NCBI GenBank assembly: GCA_010093605.1 | Contig: MU004188.1 | Coordinates: 437,673 to 501,672, forward strand | Source of the DNA: Lophium mytilinum | Lineage: Eukaryota | Direction: 5' to 3' | DNA length: 64,000 nt | In this document: positions 10,946 to 23,119 of the stretch, in pieces | Position numbering within the stretch: position 1 is the stretch's first letter | How the letters are laid out: each line of letters opens with the position of its first letter | Made by a program: the position numbers and the translations under genes | Notes under the pieces: generated by a model | The model's database searches: none | Told to the model about the DNA's origin: nothing | Seen by the model: the letters and a program-made list of their open reading frames with translations, nothing else

Positions 10946-12409
10946 TTAATAAAATAATGATGGCTTGACTTTCGCATACAATAAGAAAGTCAGCCGGCGA
11001 CGAAACGCAAGACGGCAATTGAGTTCTATATGCTCGAAGAACTCAGCGCGCTCCTGTTCACCCTCTGGTGCCTTCACAGGGACATCATATACACAATCAT
11101 ACTGGCAGTCCGCGCCACGCACAGGGAAGGGTTCGTTGATCCACCAGAAACCATCCGATTCAATCAGGTTCGAGCAACTCCATTCGTCATCAGCTGAGTA
11201 CTGCAAGTCACAATCCGCCGTGCTTGCTCTGAACTCGTCGATTCCGCTGAACTCGTCGGGCCCCCTGCTTGTTGGGCTCCATAACCCACGCGCCGTGGTA
11301 AGGACGTCGAAAGCGCATCTCATATCTTCTCCAGTATTCGCAAAATCATCCCCCACGCCCGAAGCCGTGACCACTATATTTCCTAAAGCGGACTTCTTTC
11401 TGTCCCGCATTCGAGTCATCAAGGCCTGTGCTGCTAAGAACTGGCCACCGAACTTGGGGACAAGGATTCCGGCATCATAAAGCGAGTCGTTTCGAAGAGC
11501 ATGACACCTATGTCGCGACCAGCTGCAATGCTGGAATCCGATGAACAGCTCCCGCAGAGCAGGCATCTTGAACACATGATCCAGCTTATTCACCCAGACG
11601 GCGAAAAGCCACAGATGCTGGTTCAACACGAGGCCTTTCGGCGTGGCGCATGCTCGGGCGTACTTTGCTCTACTCTGGGGAACCACGGCTTTGAGGTATC
11701 CCAGCTCAGTAGGGTCCTTTCGCCAGTATGAGATGTCGCCGCTAACTCCGAGTTGGAGTTCGTCATCGCTGGAGAGATTGATCTCAAGCAGCCTGATCAT
11801 GTCGAAAGCAGGGGTTGCGAGCGTTCGGTGAAAGTTGCGTAGTGAGAGCATATCATCGACTCGCCGCGGTGAGCGGGTCATATCCCATGTGCCCTCTGGG
11901 AACCGAGAATCTGCGAGCGGTATGTTGAAACCGTTGTGTTTGTAGAGATACTCTTCCGCTTCGTGTCTGACTTGTTTGCTGACACGTAGAAGATTTAATT
12001 CAACACCTGTCTCCTGACGGACACGTGATATGTCAAATGGAAAGAGACGTCTCTTTGACACCGGGATCTCATGCTCCTCGGCCGGAATCCAATGACTTTG
12101 TTCGCTTGAGAGCAGCACCGTGGCGTAGATTTGATCTCGTATTTCGCGGGGAAGACTTAAGAACGTTGTCTTAAGCCCTGAAACCATTGCATCATGCACT
12201 TTCGACTCCAGAACGATGATCTCACCTAGAAGCTGTCTAAGCTTCATCGCATCAGCTTTAGGGTATTTGAGGGCGTCAGGATTTAGGGCACGAATGGCTA
12301 AGCTGCGCGCCTGCGTGAGAAGATTTACGAGCTGCTGATTTTCTTCGGGTCCTCCATTTCCAAAGTCGCTATCCGAGACCTGTGTGTGAAATGTGGGTAC
12401 TGGTGACAT
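10946..12409 (-). CDS. F-box-like family A paralog 2 (487 aa)
   Basis: KTTFLSLPREIRDQIY. Shares QQLVNLLTQAR..., KLRQLLGEI, LLRVSKQVRHEA, WVNKLDHVFKMPAL, RMRDRKKS and ASTADCDLQYSAD with its neighbours. Confidence 0.85.
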   Translation of the reverse strand: MSPVPTFHTQVSDSDFGNGGPEENQQLVNLLTQARSLAIRALNPDALKYPKADAMKLRQLLGEIIVLESKVHDAMVSGLKTTFLSLPREIRDQIYATVLLSSEQSHWIPAEEHEIPVSKRRLFPFDISRVRQETGVELNLLRVSKQVRHEAEEYLYKHNGFNIPLADSRFPEGTWDMTRSPRRVDDMLSLRNFHRTLATPAFDMIRLLEINLSSDDELQLGVSGDISYWRKDPTELGYLKAVVPQSRAKYARACATPKGLVLNQHLWLFAVWVNKLDHVFKMPALRELFIGFQHCSWSRHRCHALRNDSLYDAGILVPKFGGQFLAAQALMTRMRDRKKSALGNIVVTASGVGDDFANTGEDMRCAFDVLTTARGLWSPTSRGPDEFSGIDEFRASTADCDLQYSADDEWSCSNLIESDGFWWINEPFPVRGADCQYDCVYDVPVKAPEGEQERAEFFEHIELNCRLAFRRRLTFLLYAKVKPSLFY

Positions 12410-13012
12410 CCTGTTCTTCTATTGAGTATCGTGCGTTCTTATTTCCAATCTTGCGGTTGTGGTGGTGGCGGTGAACTTTACATTAGGTATGCGTTGAAGC
12501 CTAGAGGTTACGACGTCTTGTCTCAGAACCGCTTACTAATACACCCAAATGCAGTAAAAGGTTGCTGGGCTTATAATACCTGAACACATGTAGATATCTA
12601 GCAGATGAGAAGAAGTAGGAGTCTACAGCAATGGCCTCCAGACATTTTTACCCAGCAAGGGACGTTCACCAGCCTAGAAAACTTAAAGCCCTTAAAGTAC
12701 CTGTAGCGTATTAATTGCGACGAAAAGCTCTTTGACTTGGAGCTTAGCTATGCAAGATCATGGACCCTTCTAAAATTAAGTAGATTGAAGTCGATCTTGC
12801 AATACTTGCTATGAGTGCAAGAAGCATAACTGGTTGAGGTGATTCTTGGAGTAGAACGCTTATCTGATAGAAAGTGCCAAATACACCCAAGTAAGATGTT
12901 TTATTGAGTTGATGATTGATACCTTGAGTAGTCCCAAACTGAGTACTCGGCTTCGAGAAGACCAGTGCGGGTTGTGTCCGTTTCTGTTGTTAGAGACCAT
13001 AACACCGAGAAT

Positions 13013-14641
13013 CTAGCCCCCATCCCCACCTGTTCCGCACGACACATCATTGACGGGAATAGCCGTCCCACTTCCAGAAAGTCCTTCTGATTCTGTGAGA
13101 TCCGAGTGACCCCAGTTCTCGTCAGCCGAATAGTTCAAGTCGCAATTCTCCGTAGTTGCCTCGAGCGGCATATCGATGCGCCGTCTTTCTGTCCACAGTC
13201 CAGGCATCTCGGATAAGTCGACCCTGCTGACACCAACCCGGATGCAGCCGAGGCCACTCTTCTTTCGATCTCTCATTCGACTCAAAATAATCTGCGTGGC
13301 TGCTCTCAAGGGATCGGGCTTAGGAGCTTCATGCGGCTTACCGATCCAACCACATACGCAGTACATATCGATGTCCAGATGTTTGAGAGCTGGCATCTTG
13401 AAAACATGATCGAGCTTGTTCACCCAAGTCGTGAAAAGCCAGAGATTGTTGTCCAAAACGGTACCATCAGGAGAACGGCATATGTGCGAATACTTAGTCA
13501 GGTAATGAGGATCGATCTTTTTGAGGTAGTTCAGTTCGGCAGATTTGAGATCCTCCGGATCCTCGGGGGCCTCCGCGTACCATCTAGGGTCGTCCGGTGA
13601 GCCGAGATGTATCTGCAAGCTTCGAATGTTGGCGAAAGCAGATGACGATAAGCTCAAATGAAACATTCCAAGCGTGCAACCGTCGTAGAACTCTCCGAAT
13701 TGCCGGTTCGGAAACGAGAAGTTGTTGTACTTGTAGAAGGTTTCTTCCGCTTCGAGTTTGACTTGTCGACTGGTACGTAGAAGGTTCATCACAATGCCTT
13801 CTCCCTCGAGTAGCTCCGAGCCATCGAACGGTACCAAGCCTCCTTCCTGTGCTTTCAACATAGCCAATCTCTCAGGGCCGATGCGATCGAACTCGATCAC
13901 TGGCTGCTCACTATCACTAACCGCGACTAGTGATAGTTTGTAGATCTCGTCTCGGATCTCACGGGGAAAACTGAAGAAAGTCGTTTCGTGGCCCGCGACT
14001 ACAATGTCGTGAACTTTTGGTTCCAGCATGCCAATTTCACCAAGAAGCTGTCTGAACCTCATGGCGTCCGCCTTCCGGTCCTCACTGGCCTCGTGTTCAA
14101 GGAAAGAGAAAGCCATGTCGCGTACCAGCGTGGTGAGTTCGACGAGTCGTTGTTGATCAGCCATATCTACATGGGCAGACGTGTTGACATTGCTGCTTGA
14201 GTCCTTGTATTCGTTAGGCATCTGAAATCAAGGTCCGAGCATGTTCCAACTTACAGCAGTAGCCTTGTACTGAGTGATCTCCCTCACTCCCGGCGGTGCT
14301 GTTGAGATTGTGTCTGGGTCTACCGACTGCATGGCCTCCCCGTCTACGATTGCACGATCGTTGATGTCGGACTCAGTATAGGTCCCACCGAAGCAAGGGC
14401 GCTTATTTGATGGTGCTGCTTTTCTTCCCGCTTCCGTCGCGACGGCACCCAGTCCAGTGCTAGGCGAGATTGATGGTAGCGGCGTTGATGTCCTTGGCTT
14501 GCGTTTTGACGGCGGCTGCGTAGTGTTGTAGCGCTGCTCATGTGGGGTACCGCAAATGTGTGTGTCCTTGCGAGGTACTTCCTCCAGGTTTGCATCGTGC
14601 GGCGCGTTCGCCATGCTGCCTCCAGCGCCAAAGCTTGCCAT
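13013..14641 (-). CDS. F-box-like family A paralog 3 (main ORF 13013..14221 plus probable 5' exon from 14641)
   Basis: ETTFFSFPREIRDEIY plus the same family motifs. ORF 14228..14641 is in the same frame, separated by TGA TTT CAG. A phase-0 intron ending at 14222 would remove the stop. Confidence 0.8.
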
Positions 14642-15043
14642 TGTTGGTGTTCATGGAAGGTGGTTCGCTCAAATGCCGGTAGTTAGGCACCAGATTTAGT
14701 CGCCTAGGTGACGGCCATGCAGGTGAGATGCGGTGAAACAGGAAATCTTGGCCGCCAAGACAAGCACAACGGTTGATTCCCGATCAATCGATTTTCTCGT
14801 TCATTTGCAGCACGACTACCTTTTTGCACCTAACTCTATAACCACACATCGTACTAAAGAAACGATACTGGGATTGGGTTTGGCTAGGTAAAGGGGATTA
14901 ACGAGGAAGTTCTGAAACTACCAATCCGCTCAGCCATTCGATAGAGGTGGGTCGACAAGCTAAACTAAGGAAGAGGCATAGGTTTCTTACGCATAACAAG
15001 ATACCGCACTCACATTTCATCTCTATGTAGCTGCATCTCGAGG

Positions 15044-16786
15044 CTAACTATCTTTCAGATCGAGCTTGAACCCACCGACACACCCCCTCTGAAATAAACC
15101 CTCCGGATCGTACTCCCGACTCACCTGCCGCAGAAACTCCCAATTCTCCTTACCATAGCCTTCGAACGGCTTCTGCCACTCCGCGCAGTAATTGAGATAC
15201 CGGAAGGGATGGCCCGTTCCGTTAGCAGCCGCAACAGCCTCGATCTGCTCGATAGTGCGACGCGTCGTCGTCTTCACTAACTCGTCATCCGGGCTTTCGT
15301 CCCAGTTGACGGTGAAGCTCACGATAACAAGCGGGTCGTTGGTGTCGTGCAGGCCCATGGGATTTGGGTCACCCAAGCGCACCCACTCCGGGAGGATCGG
15401 CTGCAGGACGAGCGTCCAAACCAGGCCCTTGATCTTGGCACGACGGAGCGGCACAATGGCATCACAGTAGGCGGCATGCGCGGCGGTAACAGTGGCTGGG
15501 TCGTTCTTAATGGTCGTGGTGGCGAAGACCTGGCGTCTACCGGGTGGATTGAGAGTATTCATCTCGTCGGTCGCACTGGTCAGGGTGCGGATCTTGCAGG
15601 TGCTCCAGAAGCGCCAGAAATATGAAAAGGGTGAGGTCTTCCAGTACACGGGCCATTTCTTCTCGTTCTCGGGGAGCTTGGTGTATACAAGATTGACGGA
15701 GATGATCTTCAACCCGAGTGCTTGGATGTAGGAGAAACAGGCAAGAGGACCGGTGGCATGATTGTCGGGTCTGGTATTGGCATCACCCGAGCTCGCTCTC
15801 TCCACGCCTTCGTGGAAGGCGGCCAGGACTTTGCCAGATTGGAATGAGGGCATGTAGAGAAAGCCACTCCAGATCTTGGTGGACGGGAAGCTACGGGCTG
15901 TAAACCGGGTAACAATACCGAAGTTATTAGAGCCGCCTTTAAGAGCGCGCCAGAGACCGTTGTTTTCCAATGCTGAGGCTGTGGCGACAATGCCGGATGC
16001 GAGAACGATTTCGTAGCTAATGATGTTGGAGCAGACAAGTCCAACGCGTGGGGAAAAGAAAGAGAGGCCACCTGTTTTGCGATCTAGGTTAGTAATTCGG
16101 CATTGTCAGTATATTGATAGAGACTTACCTCCTAGAGCCAAGCCACCCACTCCAACAGCAGAATTCCTACCACCAGCAACCGCAAGACCTCTCTCGTCCA
16201 AGACCTTGGAAACATTCATCCACTTGGCCCCACCACCAATGATGACGCTCGACCCATCCTCGGACGGAGTCACCTCACAAAAAAGACTGAGATCGATTAC
16301 GACACCACCCTTGATGCTTGCAGCACCAGGGATCGGAGAGTGGCCGCCACCGCGGATAGCAAACAGCCTTAGCGTTGCTTCATCGTTAGACTGGCTTCGA
16401 AGCTCTGCATACTCTTGCTTGAGGATAGTGACGGCCGTGGAGAGCTCCTGGACGTTGCGGGGTCGGACAACGCATGCTGGGATCACTTCGCACTCCTGCT
16501 GAGCCCAGTAGGAGTTCATTGATTGCCTGAAGGCGGTAGCATCGTGAGGGGAGATGACACTGTCGGGCAGTGCCGCTGCGAGGCGTTTGACAAACATCGA
16601 AGGCTCCAGAGAATTGCTCGTGAGGTCAAGATCGGGTTTTTTCGCAACTTCGAGCCCTAAGCTTAGCCATACACGGCGGAGAACGAGAGTGGAGAGGGTG
16701 AGGAGGAGAGCGGTGATAGTATAAGCGGAGAGAGATTGGAATTCCATGATGGGTGGTGCTACAACGAAGCTAGAATTAGGTGGCAT
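15044..16786 (-). CDS. FAD-linked oxidoreductase (VAO/BBE-like, PCMH-type FAD binding), 2 exons
   Basis: FAIRGGGHS covalent-FAD motif, VGVGGLALGGG, LKGGSNNFGIVT, and C-terminal YLNY...YDPEGLF. Intron 16128-16072 (GTAAGT...CTAAC...CAG). Confidence 0.9.
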
Positions 16787-17591
16787 GTACCACTCCTACC
16801 TAAAGTCAGGAGCTGACTCAGCTAGCGCCACGCTAACTTCAACCTCTTCTGTCGTTTTAAGTGAACGAATCGGAAGAGCAAGAGATGCTAATTTGCAAGA
16901 TGCCGGCATGCCACTGTAATGGAACAAGGAATTAGCCTTGCGAGAACAATTCACAGGCCTGCTACCAAAGCCGAAGGACTGGGAGGATTCACAGTCTGTT
17001 GAGAAAGAGAGTGGGTAGGAATCATAAGCACGATGTCTTGATAGAGTAAGCGGAAGAACATCGGACCGACGGACTAGTCACTTCCAGCAAGAAATATGGA
17101 ATGGTTGAGGTTGCTATGAACTCGATAATTACTCAACTGAGAGTCTGATATCTGGTTTCATAGCGAGATGAGTCGTGGGGTCTTCCTTTCGAGCAAATTG
17201 CCCTCGATTCCGGTGTCTTTTTGCTTCAACTCTCACCTCACTTTAAGCCCGAAACACCTGAATGATGCAGTGACCATGCTTGCTCCTTTTTTCGCAGGCG
17301 GATTTTGCCCTACGACACAGATTTTGGCGAAGGTCTGGAAAAGAAGCTACCTACCTGTGCAGGGTGGATATTTGCTTTGCTTTTGCCAGCCACCTGCAGC
17401 AATGATAACAGTAATAATTGCCAACTTGGAGCTTCGGCAACATCTATCTTTCTTCCCATATGCTGCGGTCGGTGATCACCCGTTCCAGCCCGATCGAGCA
17501 GTCAGGAGGTAGTAATGAGATTACCAGCTATACCTTTTTTGGTATCCACATGTTGTTTTGATACAACCGTTCACGCTCCAAAGACGTCCCG

Positions 17592-18047
17592 TCATAGAAA
17601 CACGCCGTCTTCTTCTTGAGCCGCAGGGCCCTGGTTTCGCTCTTGGACTCCAGCAGCAGCGCCAGCACTCCGGTTGCTACTTGCGCTCTCTGGTTCGCGA
17701 GCACTGGCAGTCCCATTACTCGGAACCTCTCCCTGCGCTATATCCTCCTTCTTCGCCGCAGTACCCATTTCCTCATCGTGCCACGGCATTCCCCTGCCCT
17801 CAACCTCTGCCCTTAACAGCAGTATCCTGTGCTCCATGCGCCCCATGACCTCCTCGTTCTCCGCGATAGCCTCTTTGCACACCTCATCTCCCTCGGTCGC
17901 GAAGGGTTGTAGTTCTTTGTTTGAGTGTTGGAGGTGTATGATGGAGTTGCGCAGTTCGGCTGCTTTGCCGTGCAGGCTGGAGAGGGGCAGGTCTTTGAGG
18001 GCGGCGGCGAAGCGGGTTGGAGAGATCGGGGGTGCCGTTGCGGACAT
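17592..18047 (-). CDS. Small coiled-coil hypothetical protein (151 aa)
   Basis: Clean ORF with helical content (FAAALKDLPLSSLHGKAAELRNSIIHL...) and a C-terminal DGVFL. Confidence 0.75.
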   Translation of the reverse strand: MSATAPPISPTRFAAALKDLPLSSLHGKAAELRNSIIHLQHSNKELQPFATEGDEVCKEAIAENEEVMGRMEHRILLLRAEVEGRGMPWHDEEMGTAAKKEDIAQGEVPSNGTASAREPESASSNRSAGAAAGVQERNQGPAAQEEDGVFL

Positions 18048-18332
18048 TTGGGGTGATGTGAAGGGCAGATGGTAGAGTTTATTGTTGTCGCAAAGTCGCT
18101 GGATGGATCTTCGACACAGTATGGAGGTTCAGTGGTTTTTTAGAAGGGTAAAGGTAGAAAGTTAAGTTCACGATGCAGGCACCCGAGGGTGACGTTCGTT
18201 TCGTAAGGCTGAAGATCGAAGCTTTGACGTCTCGGCTCGGCTTGCACCTCCGACTTCACGACTCCAAAAAAATATCACGAGATCCCAACTTCGGCGCGCA
18301 TTCCCGCGTCCTAACATGCCAGCGCCCACGAA

Positions 18333-20455
18333 ATGAACAATGTATTACCGGTAGCAGCACGGCTACCCAGCTCTTGCGCCTCCCTGCGCCCTCTCGCCTC
18401 GACCCCGTTATGGCCATCTACATCTCTCCTCCGTACCGCGCGCCGCAGCTTCGCTGTCCTTCCTCGAGATCGCAGTAGCCCTATACCATACCCTACGCAA
18501 CCATTCCCTCGCATCCAGATACCCCGAAAATGGTCCAATGGCGCCCCAAAATCCTTCAACACCACCCCCGCCCCCGCCCGCAAAGCTCGCTCCCAACCTC
18601 CATCTACCTCCACCCCCAAACCTCGCCCGCCGCCGAAAGCCACATCAGAAGTCGACACCCACACCTGGGATGACTCCCACATCACATCCTCCCTCCCCTC
18701 TGGCCCGCTCCTACCAAAGGCAATAAAGCAACTCTTCCCCACCCTCTCAACCGTCAACGGCAACCGCGTCCTCTCCATCCTCCATACACGGCGCTTAACC
18801 GGCTCCCTCGCCGAGCGGGGGATCGACAACATCGATGAAGCGCTGGACCTCGATCTCTCGGATATCTCGCAAGAGCAGATGATGCGGGCGCTGGAGTATC
18901 TGCGGGCAAGGTTCCCGGTGGATGAGGAAGCGGCGGCGGCGGATTGGGCGGAGGCGGAGGCGGCGAGGATAGAGCGGGAGGTGCTTGCGGAGAGGGGGGT
19001 GAAGTTGGGGTTGTTGAAGAAGGTGGAGTTGGATCCTGAGGTGGAGGAGCAGCAGATTCGGGGAGAGGAGTGGGAGGGGAGACGGTATATTAATGTGAAA
19101 GCGAGGCAGGAGAGGGAGGCGAAGGGAAACGCTGGTGGGCAGGGAACGGAGTATGGGCGGGCGAAGTATGGGAGAAGTATCTTTGAGACTGTGCGAAAGT
19201 CGAATGAGGCGAATTGGGAGGCGGAGAAGGCGGAGAAGGAGAGGGCGAAGGCGAAGGAGGAGGCTAAGATGGTTGCGGAGGGGAGGCACGTGGGACCTAA
19301 GAACTTGGTGCCGGGAAAGAAGTTCTTAGGAGTGGAGATTAGAGGTAGGTCTCATATCTTCGATGTAGTCTGTTTGAAACAAATGCTGATTCTTTTGGTG
19401 CACAGAGAGTGGTGAGAAGTCAGAGTATGTCAAGAAGTACGAGGAGAAGGCTCAGAGGAAATGGAAGAATGAACAGGAGATGGAGCAGAGCTTGACTCTC
19501 GTAAGTCTATCACTGGCTTTCCACAATTTCTTGCTAATCTTGCAAAAAGGCCCAGCGTCTGTGGCCCTCAGCCGCCTTCACCGTAGCTGTCTGCACTCTT
19601 TGCGGCCTCTTTGCAACAAATTACGAGCCTCCTGATAACGCAGTCCGGCTCTTCTCAGACTTCACGCCTGCCCTCGCAACATGCAGTGTCATAGTAGGCA
19701 TCAACCTTGCAGTTTTCGTCGTGTGGAGGATCCCGCGCTTCTGGCCTCTATTGAACAAATACATGGTCTCCACTCCCGCCTACCCAGTTGCGCTAGCAAC
19801 ACTAGGGAATATTTTCAGTCATCAGTCGTTCTCACATTTGCTCCTCAACATAACCTGGCTGATGACGATGGGCGTGTGGTGTAAGTTTGCTCCTTTTCAT
19901 GGCCCCTTTTCCAGTTTTCTTTAGTCACATGCTGCATATATCAAAACACTCCTAGTTTCCATTACTCACGATCCCACAGGCCACGACCTCGTTGGCCGCG
20001 GCGTCTTCCTCAGCACCTACGTTGCTGCAGGTACGTGCGGCTCTCTCGCCTCCCTCACCTTCTTCGTGCTGGCTCGCAACTACAAGTCGGCCTCACTCGG
20101 TGCGTCGGGCGCTCTCAACGGCGTCCTTGCCCTGTTCTGTATCGCGACGACTAGGGACCATGTCAGGATTCCGTTTACGGACATCGAAAGGCCGGTGAAC
20201 CTGAAAATGGTCCTGGCGGCTTTCTTGCTACTAGAGGTGTACAATATGCGCAAAGGGAGAGTGAAGTTGATGGATCATTGGGCGCATTTGGGAGGTGCGG
20301 CGGTGGGCGTCAGTGTGGGAACGACGATGAGATGGCAGGATTTCGTTGCGTGGTTGAAGAGCTGGGTAGGTGGTGGGAAGGGAGACGGGGATGTTGTGTC
20401 GAAGGTTGATGAGGAGGAGCTGGTGGAGGGAAATCAAGAGGAGGGCTCAGTGTAG
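18333..20455 (+). CDS. PCP1: Mitochondrial rhomboid protease (multi-exon)
   Basis: Arg/Ser-rich presequence-like N-terminus, FSHQSFSHLLLN, catalytic GASG and HWAHLGG motifs, and several short GT-AG introns. Confidence 0.85.
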
Positions 20456-20894
20456 GACCATTGCTGTATAGGTTGTTCAGGGGAGAACCCTTGCTGTAAA
20501 TCTTGTATAGGAGGGTGCTGTATAGATACCTGTAGGATATAGACACTCACAAATACCATGATCAGAGGAAGATATTATCTATTCATTAAGAGTTGAAAGC
20601 TCAGATCGTGTTTACTCATATGTCTACCACCAGACCGTAACTCCTCTAAAGCAATTAATTCGCGTACACTTATAGATAGATACGCATCCTCGAGTACTGC
20701 AGAGTTTCAAGTCCAACTAAACACTCAAGAAGTATATACCTACTTCGCACTACCGAAGAAAAAGACCTCGGCATCCCTCCCGATTCGGTTGCCGAAAGCG
20801 CAGCCCGCCCGACGTCGCAGCAGGTCCACCTCAACGGCTGGCATAGGGAATAGTCTGCCAACGCCACAACCCTGAACGCGACTCGGCCTACCCG

Positions 20895-21985
20895 ATGCTG
20901 CCAGTTAGAGCCTGCAGGAATGTCGTCGCTCAGGGCAGATCTCTCTCACCGCTCGCCGCTCGAGCTAGTTTGCTAAAATCCTCACCCGCAACGCATCCCC
21001 GAAGGCCGAACGTTGGAAGACTGCAACAGCGACACCAGAGCAGCGTTAGCAGCATACCAGGTAAGACTTCTACCGGCGAATGTCGGAACTGTGCAAGGGT
21101 GGACATTGGCATTAGCACTGGGGGTATTCATCAAATTGAGCTTACTGTATCATCGCAGAAACTCCGTCGACCTTCCCACCACCACCGCCCTTTCCCCCGC
21201 GCCAGCGACCTGGGATCCTCTGGACACTCTTCAAATACGCCTCCATAACCGTCCTCTGCACCACCGCCGGCTTCGCAATGGCGGCCGCCCCCGCGTACGA
21301 GACGATCCAGGAGATCATCACCCCTCCGACGGACGCGGAAACACTCGAACTATTCACCGCGGATTCAGAAGTCCTCGCAGAGATCGACGAGACGCTGTTC
21401 GCACATCCCCTCGTCAAATCGCTACTCGACGATCCCAAATTCATCGCATCACGCCCACACCTGAAGATCCCGCCGTCTCTGCGGCCACATAACCTTATGG
21501 GCGGAGCACTCATCGGAGAAAACAAGATTGGCGTGCCGCCGCTCACGTTCACCACGGAGGACGGCTCGCGGTTTGTCAGCGTGCAGCATCTCGGCTCTGC
21601 GCTCTGTGGGCACCCTGGAGTTGTGCACGGAGGGTTACTGGGAACGCTGTTGGATGAGGGGCTGGCGAGGTGTTGCTTTCCGGCACTACCGAACAGGGTG
21701 GGCGTGACGGCGAGTCTAAATATCACATATAAGAAGCCATGTATGGCGAACCAATACGTTGTCCTACGAGCTGAAACGACAAAGGTGGAGGGGCGGAAGG
21801 CGTGGGTGACGGGGAGACTGGAGACGCTGGTGGACGAGTCGAAAGGGGAGGTACCGATAGTGTTGACGGAGGCGGAGGCTCTATTCATCGAGCCGAGACA
21901 GGCAGCAGTGAGTGCTCTCGTTTGAGGCGTGAGGAGATGGTGTGCTAATTGGTCGCAGACGATGGCGAGGGTCTACTCGACATGA
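20895..21985 (+). CDS. Hot-dog-fold acyl-CoA thioesterase, probably mitochondrial (3 exons)
   Basis: HLGSALCGHPGVVHGGLLGTLLDEGL PaaI-type motif and a presequence-like N-terminus. Introns near 21061-21158 and 21908-21958; stop TGA at 21983-21985. Confidence 0.85.
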
Positions 21986-22403
21986 GAGAACCAAGCCGGC
22001 CGGGCGGGCTTTTGGAGAATCTTCGTACTATCTATACGAATAACGAGGATATCTAGGTTCTATGGACGTTTGTAACAGCATTTGCATACACAGCCAACCA
22101 CGCGAACGAAAGAGAATGAATCGTCGCAGCATGGAGATACCAACATAGAAGCAACGCGATTTTGCGCGGCCTCCGCGAAAGTTTTGTATAGAGCAATGCT
22201 TCGATGAGACTAGCATTAGACACGGTAATTATAGATTTGCGCTCACGATGTGCATATCTATCTACACCCTGGTTTCTTTAAATATCAAGTGATTTCACGT
22301 CTACCTTAGAAATCCATCCACCTTTCAAAAATTTCTAGAGAGTTCTGAATATAGAAAGAATGCTGTGCCATCGCCGAGAATTGAACCTAGTTCAACAGAC
22401 AGC

Positions 22404-22540
22404 AAAAACTCGGGCCTAAGCCCTACAAAAACCCCTTGGTGCACGCAGGGGATTTGATTAGAGGATTTGAACTGCAGGATCAGCTAGATCCTGTTGTACT
22501 GTCTTACTAATAAGGCAGCACCCGGAGTGGGACTGGCTGC
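22404..22540 (-). ncRNA. Putative Pol III structured RNA, unit 1 (family not recognised)
   Basis: TATATA at ~22556-22562. Hairpins include CAGGATC-5nt-GATCCTG and GGGC-TTAG-GCCC. T5 run at 22404-22408 and B-box GGTTCAATTC at 22378-22387. Confidence 0.6.
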
Positions 22541-22659
22541 CTCGAGTATTTTGACATATATACCTCATGTCAAAGTCGACAAGTGAAGATAATTGGCTCG
22601 AGGAAAAAGCAAAAAGAAAGATGCCAACCCCACGATTCGAACACAGATCTATGAGCGGC

Positions 22660-22800
22660 AAAAAACTCGGGCCGAAGCCCTACAAAAACCCCTGGTACAA
22701 GCAGGAAGTTTTTAGGTTCTAGTTGGGCCGCTGCAGAGAACCTGCAGCGGGCAAATAGAAGACTCACGAATGAGGCAGCCCCCCGAAAGGGACTGGCTGC
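22660..22800 (-). ncRNA. Putative Pol III structured RNA, unit 2
   Basis: TATATATA at ~22815-22822. Hairpins GCAGCC..CCC-TTTC-GGG..GGCTGC, CCGCTGCAG-5nt-CTGCAGCGG, AAAAACTTCCTG..CAGGGGTTTTT and GGGC-TTCG-GCCC. T6 at 22660-22665 and B-box TGTTCGAATC at 22634-22643. Confidence 0.65.
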
Positions 22801-22902
22801 GCCGAATGTTTAGGTATATATACCTACCGTAAGGACAATTTTACAATTGATTAACAACTATAATGAAGGCATGCGATCCACGATTCATGCCCTCTAAAAC
22901 GC

Positions 22903-23002
22903 AGAAGGCTCGGGCCGAAATCCTACAATAACCCCTTGGTACACATAAAGAATCTTCTAGGTCCTAGATAAGTTTCTCAGCGCCTTTACGGGGACTAGGT
23001 GC
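22903..23002 (-). pseudogene. Degenerate unit 3 of the RNA array
   Basis: Retains GTACCAAGGGGTTATTGTAGGATTTCGGCCCGAG. TATA is mutated (TATGTGCA), hairpin 2 is deleted, and the T-run and B-box are disrupted. Confidence 0.55.
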
Positions 23003-23119
23003 GCTAAAATCTAATGCACATACCCACCCACCAAGCATTAAGACTTGATTGATCAATCACCGCCTAAAACAGAAAGAGAGACGTCCACCCTGCGAATCGA
23101 ACCTAGACCCACGAGAGGC

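Noticed and set aside
18333..19345. Sharp C-rich to G-rich strand switch
   Set aside because: The same skew recurs in many ordinary genes here (17.6, 37.4, 47.0, 61.0 kb), so it is a genome-wide compositional trait.
22360..23110. tRNA genes suggested by GTTCRA motifs and tRNA-like 3' ends (e.g. GATGGCA)
   Set aside because: The T-stems pair poorly, there is no acceptor stem or cloverleaf, and the motifs lie beyond an oligo-T run. They fit DNA-level B-boxes better.
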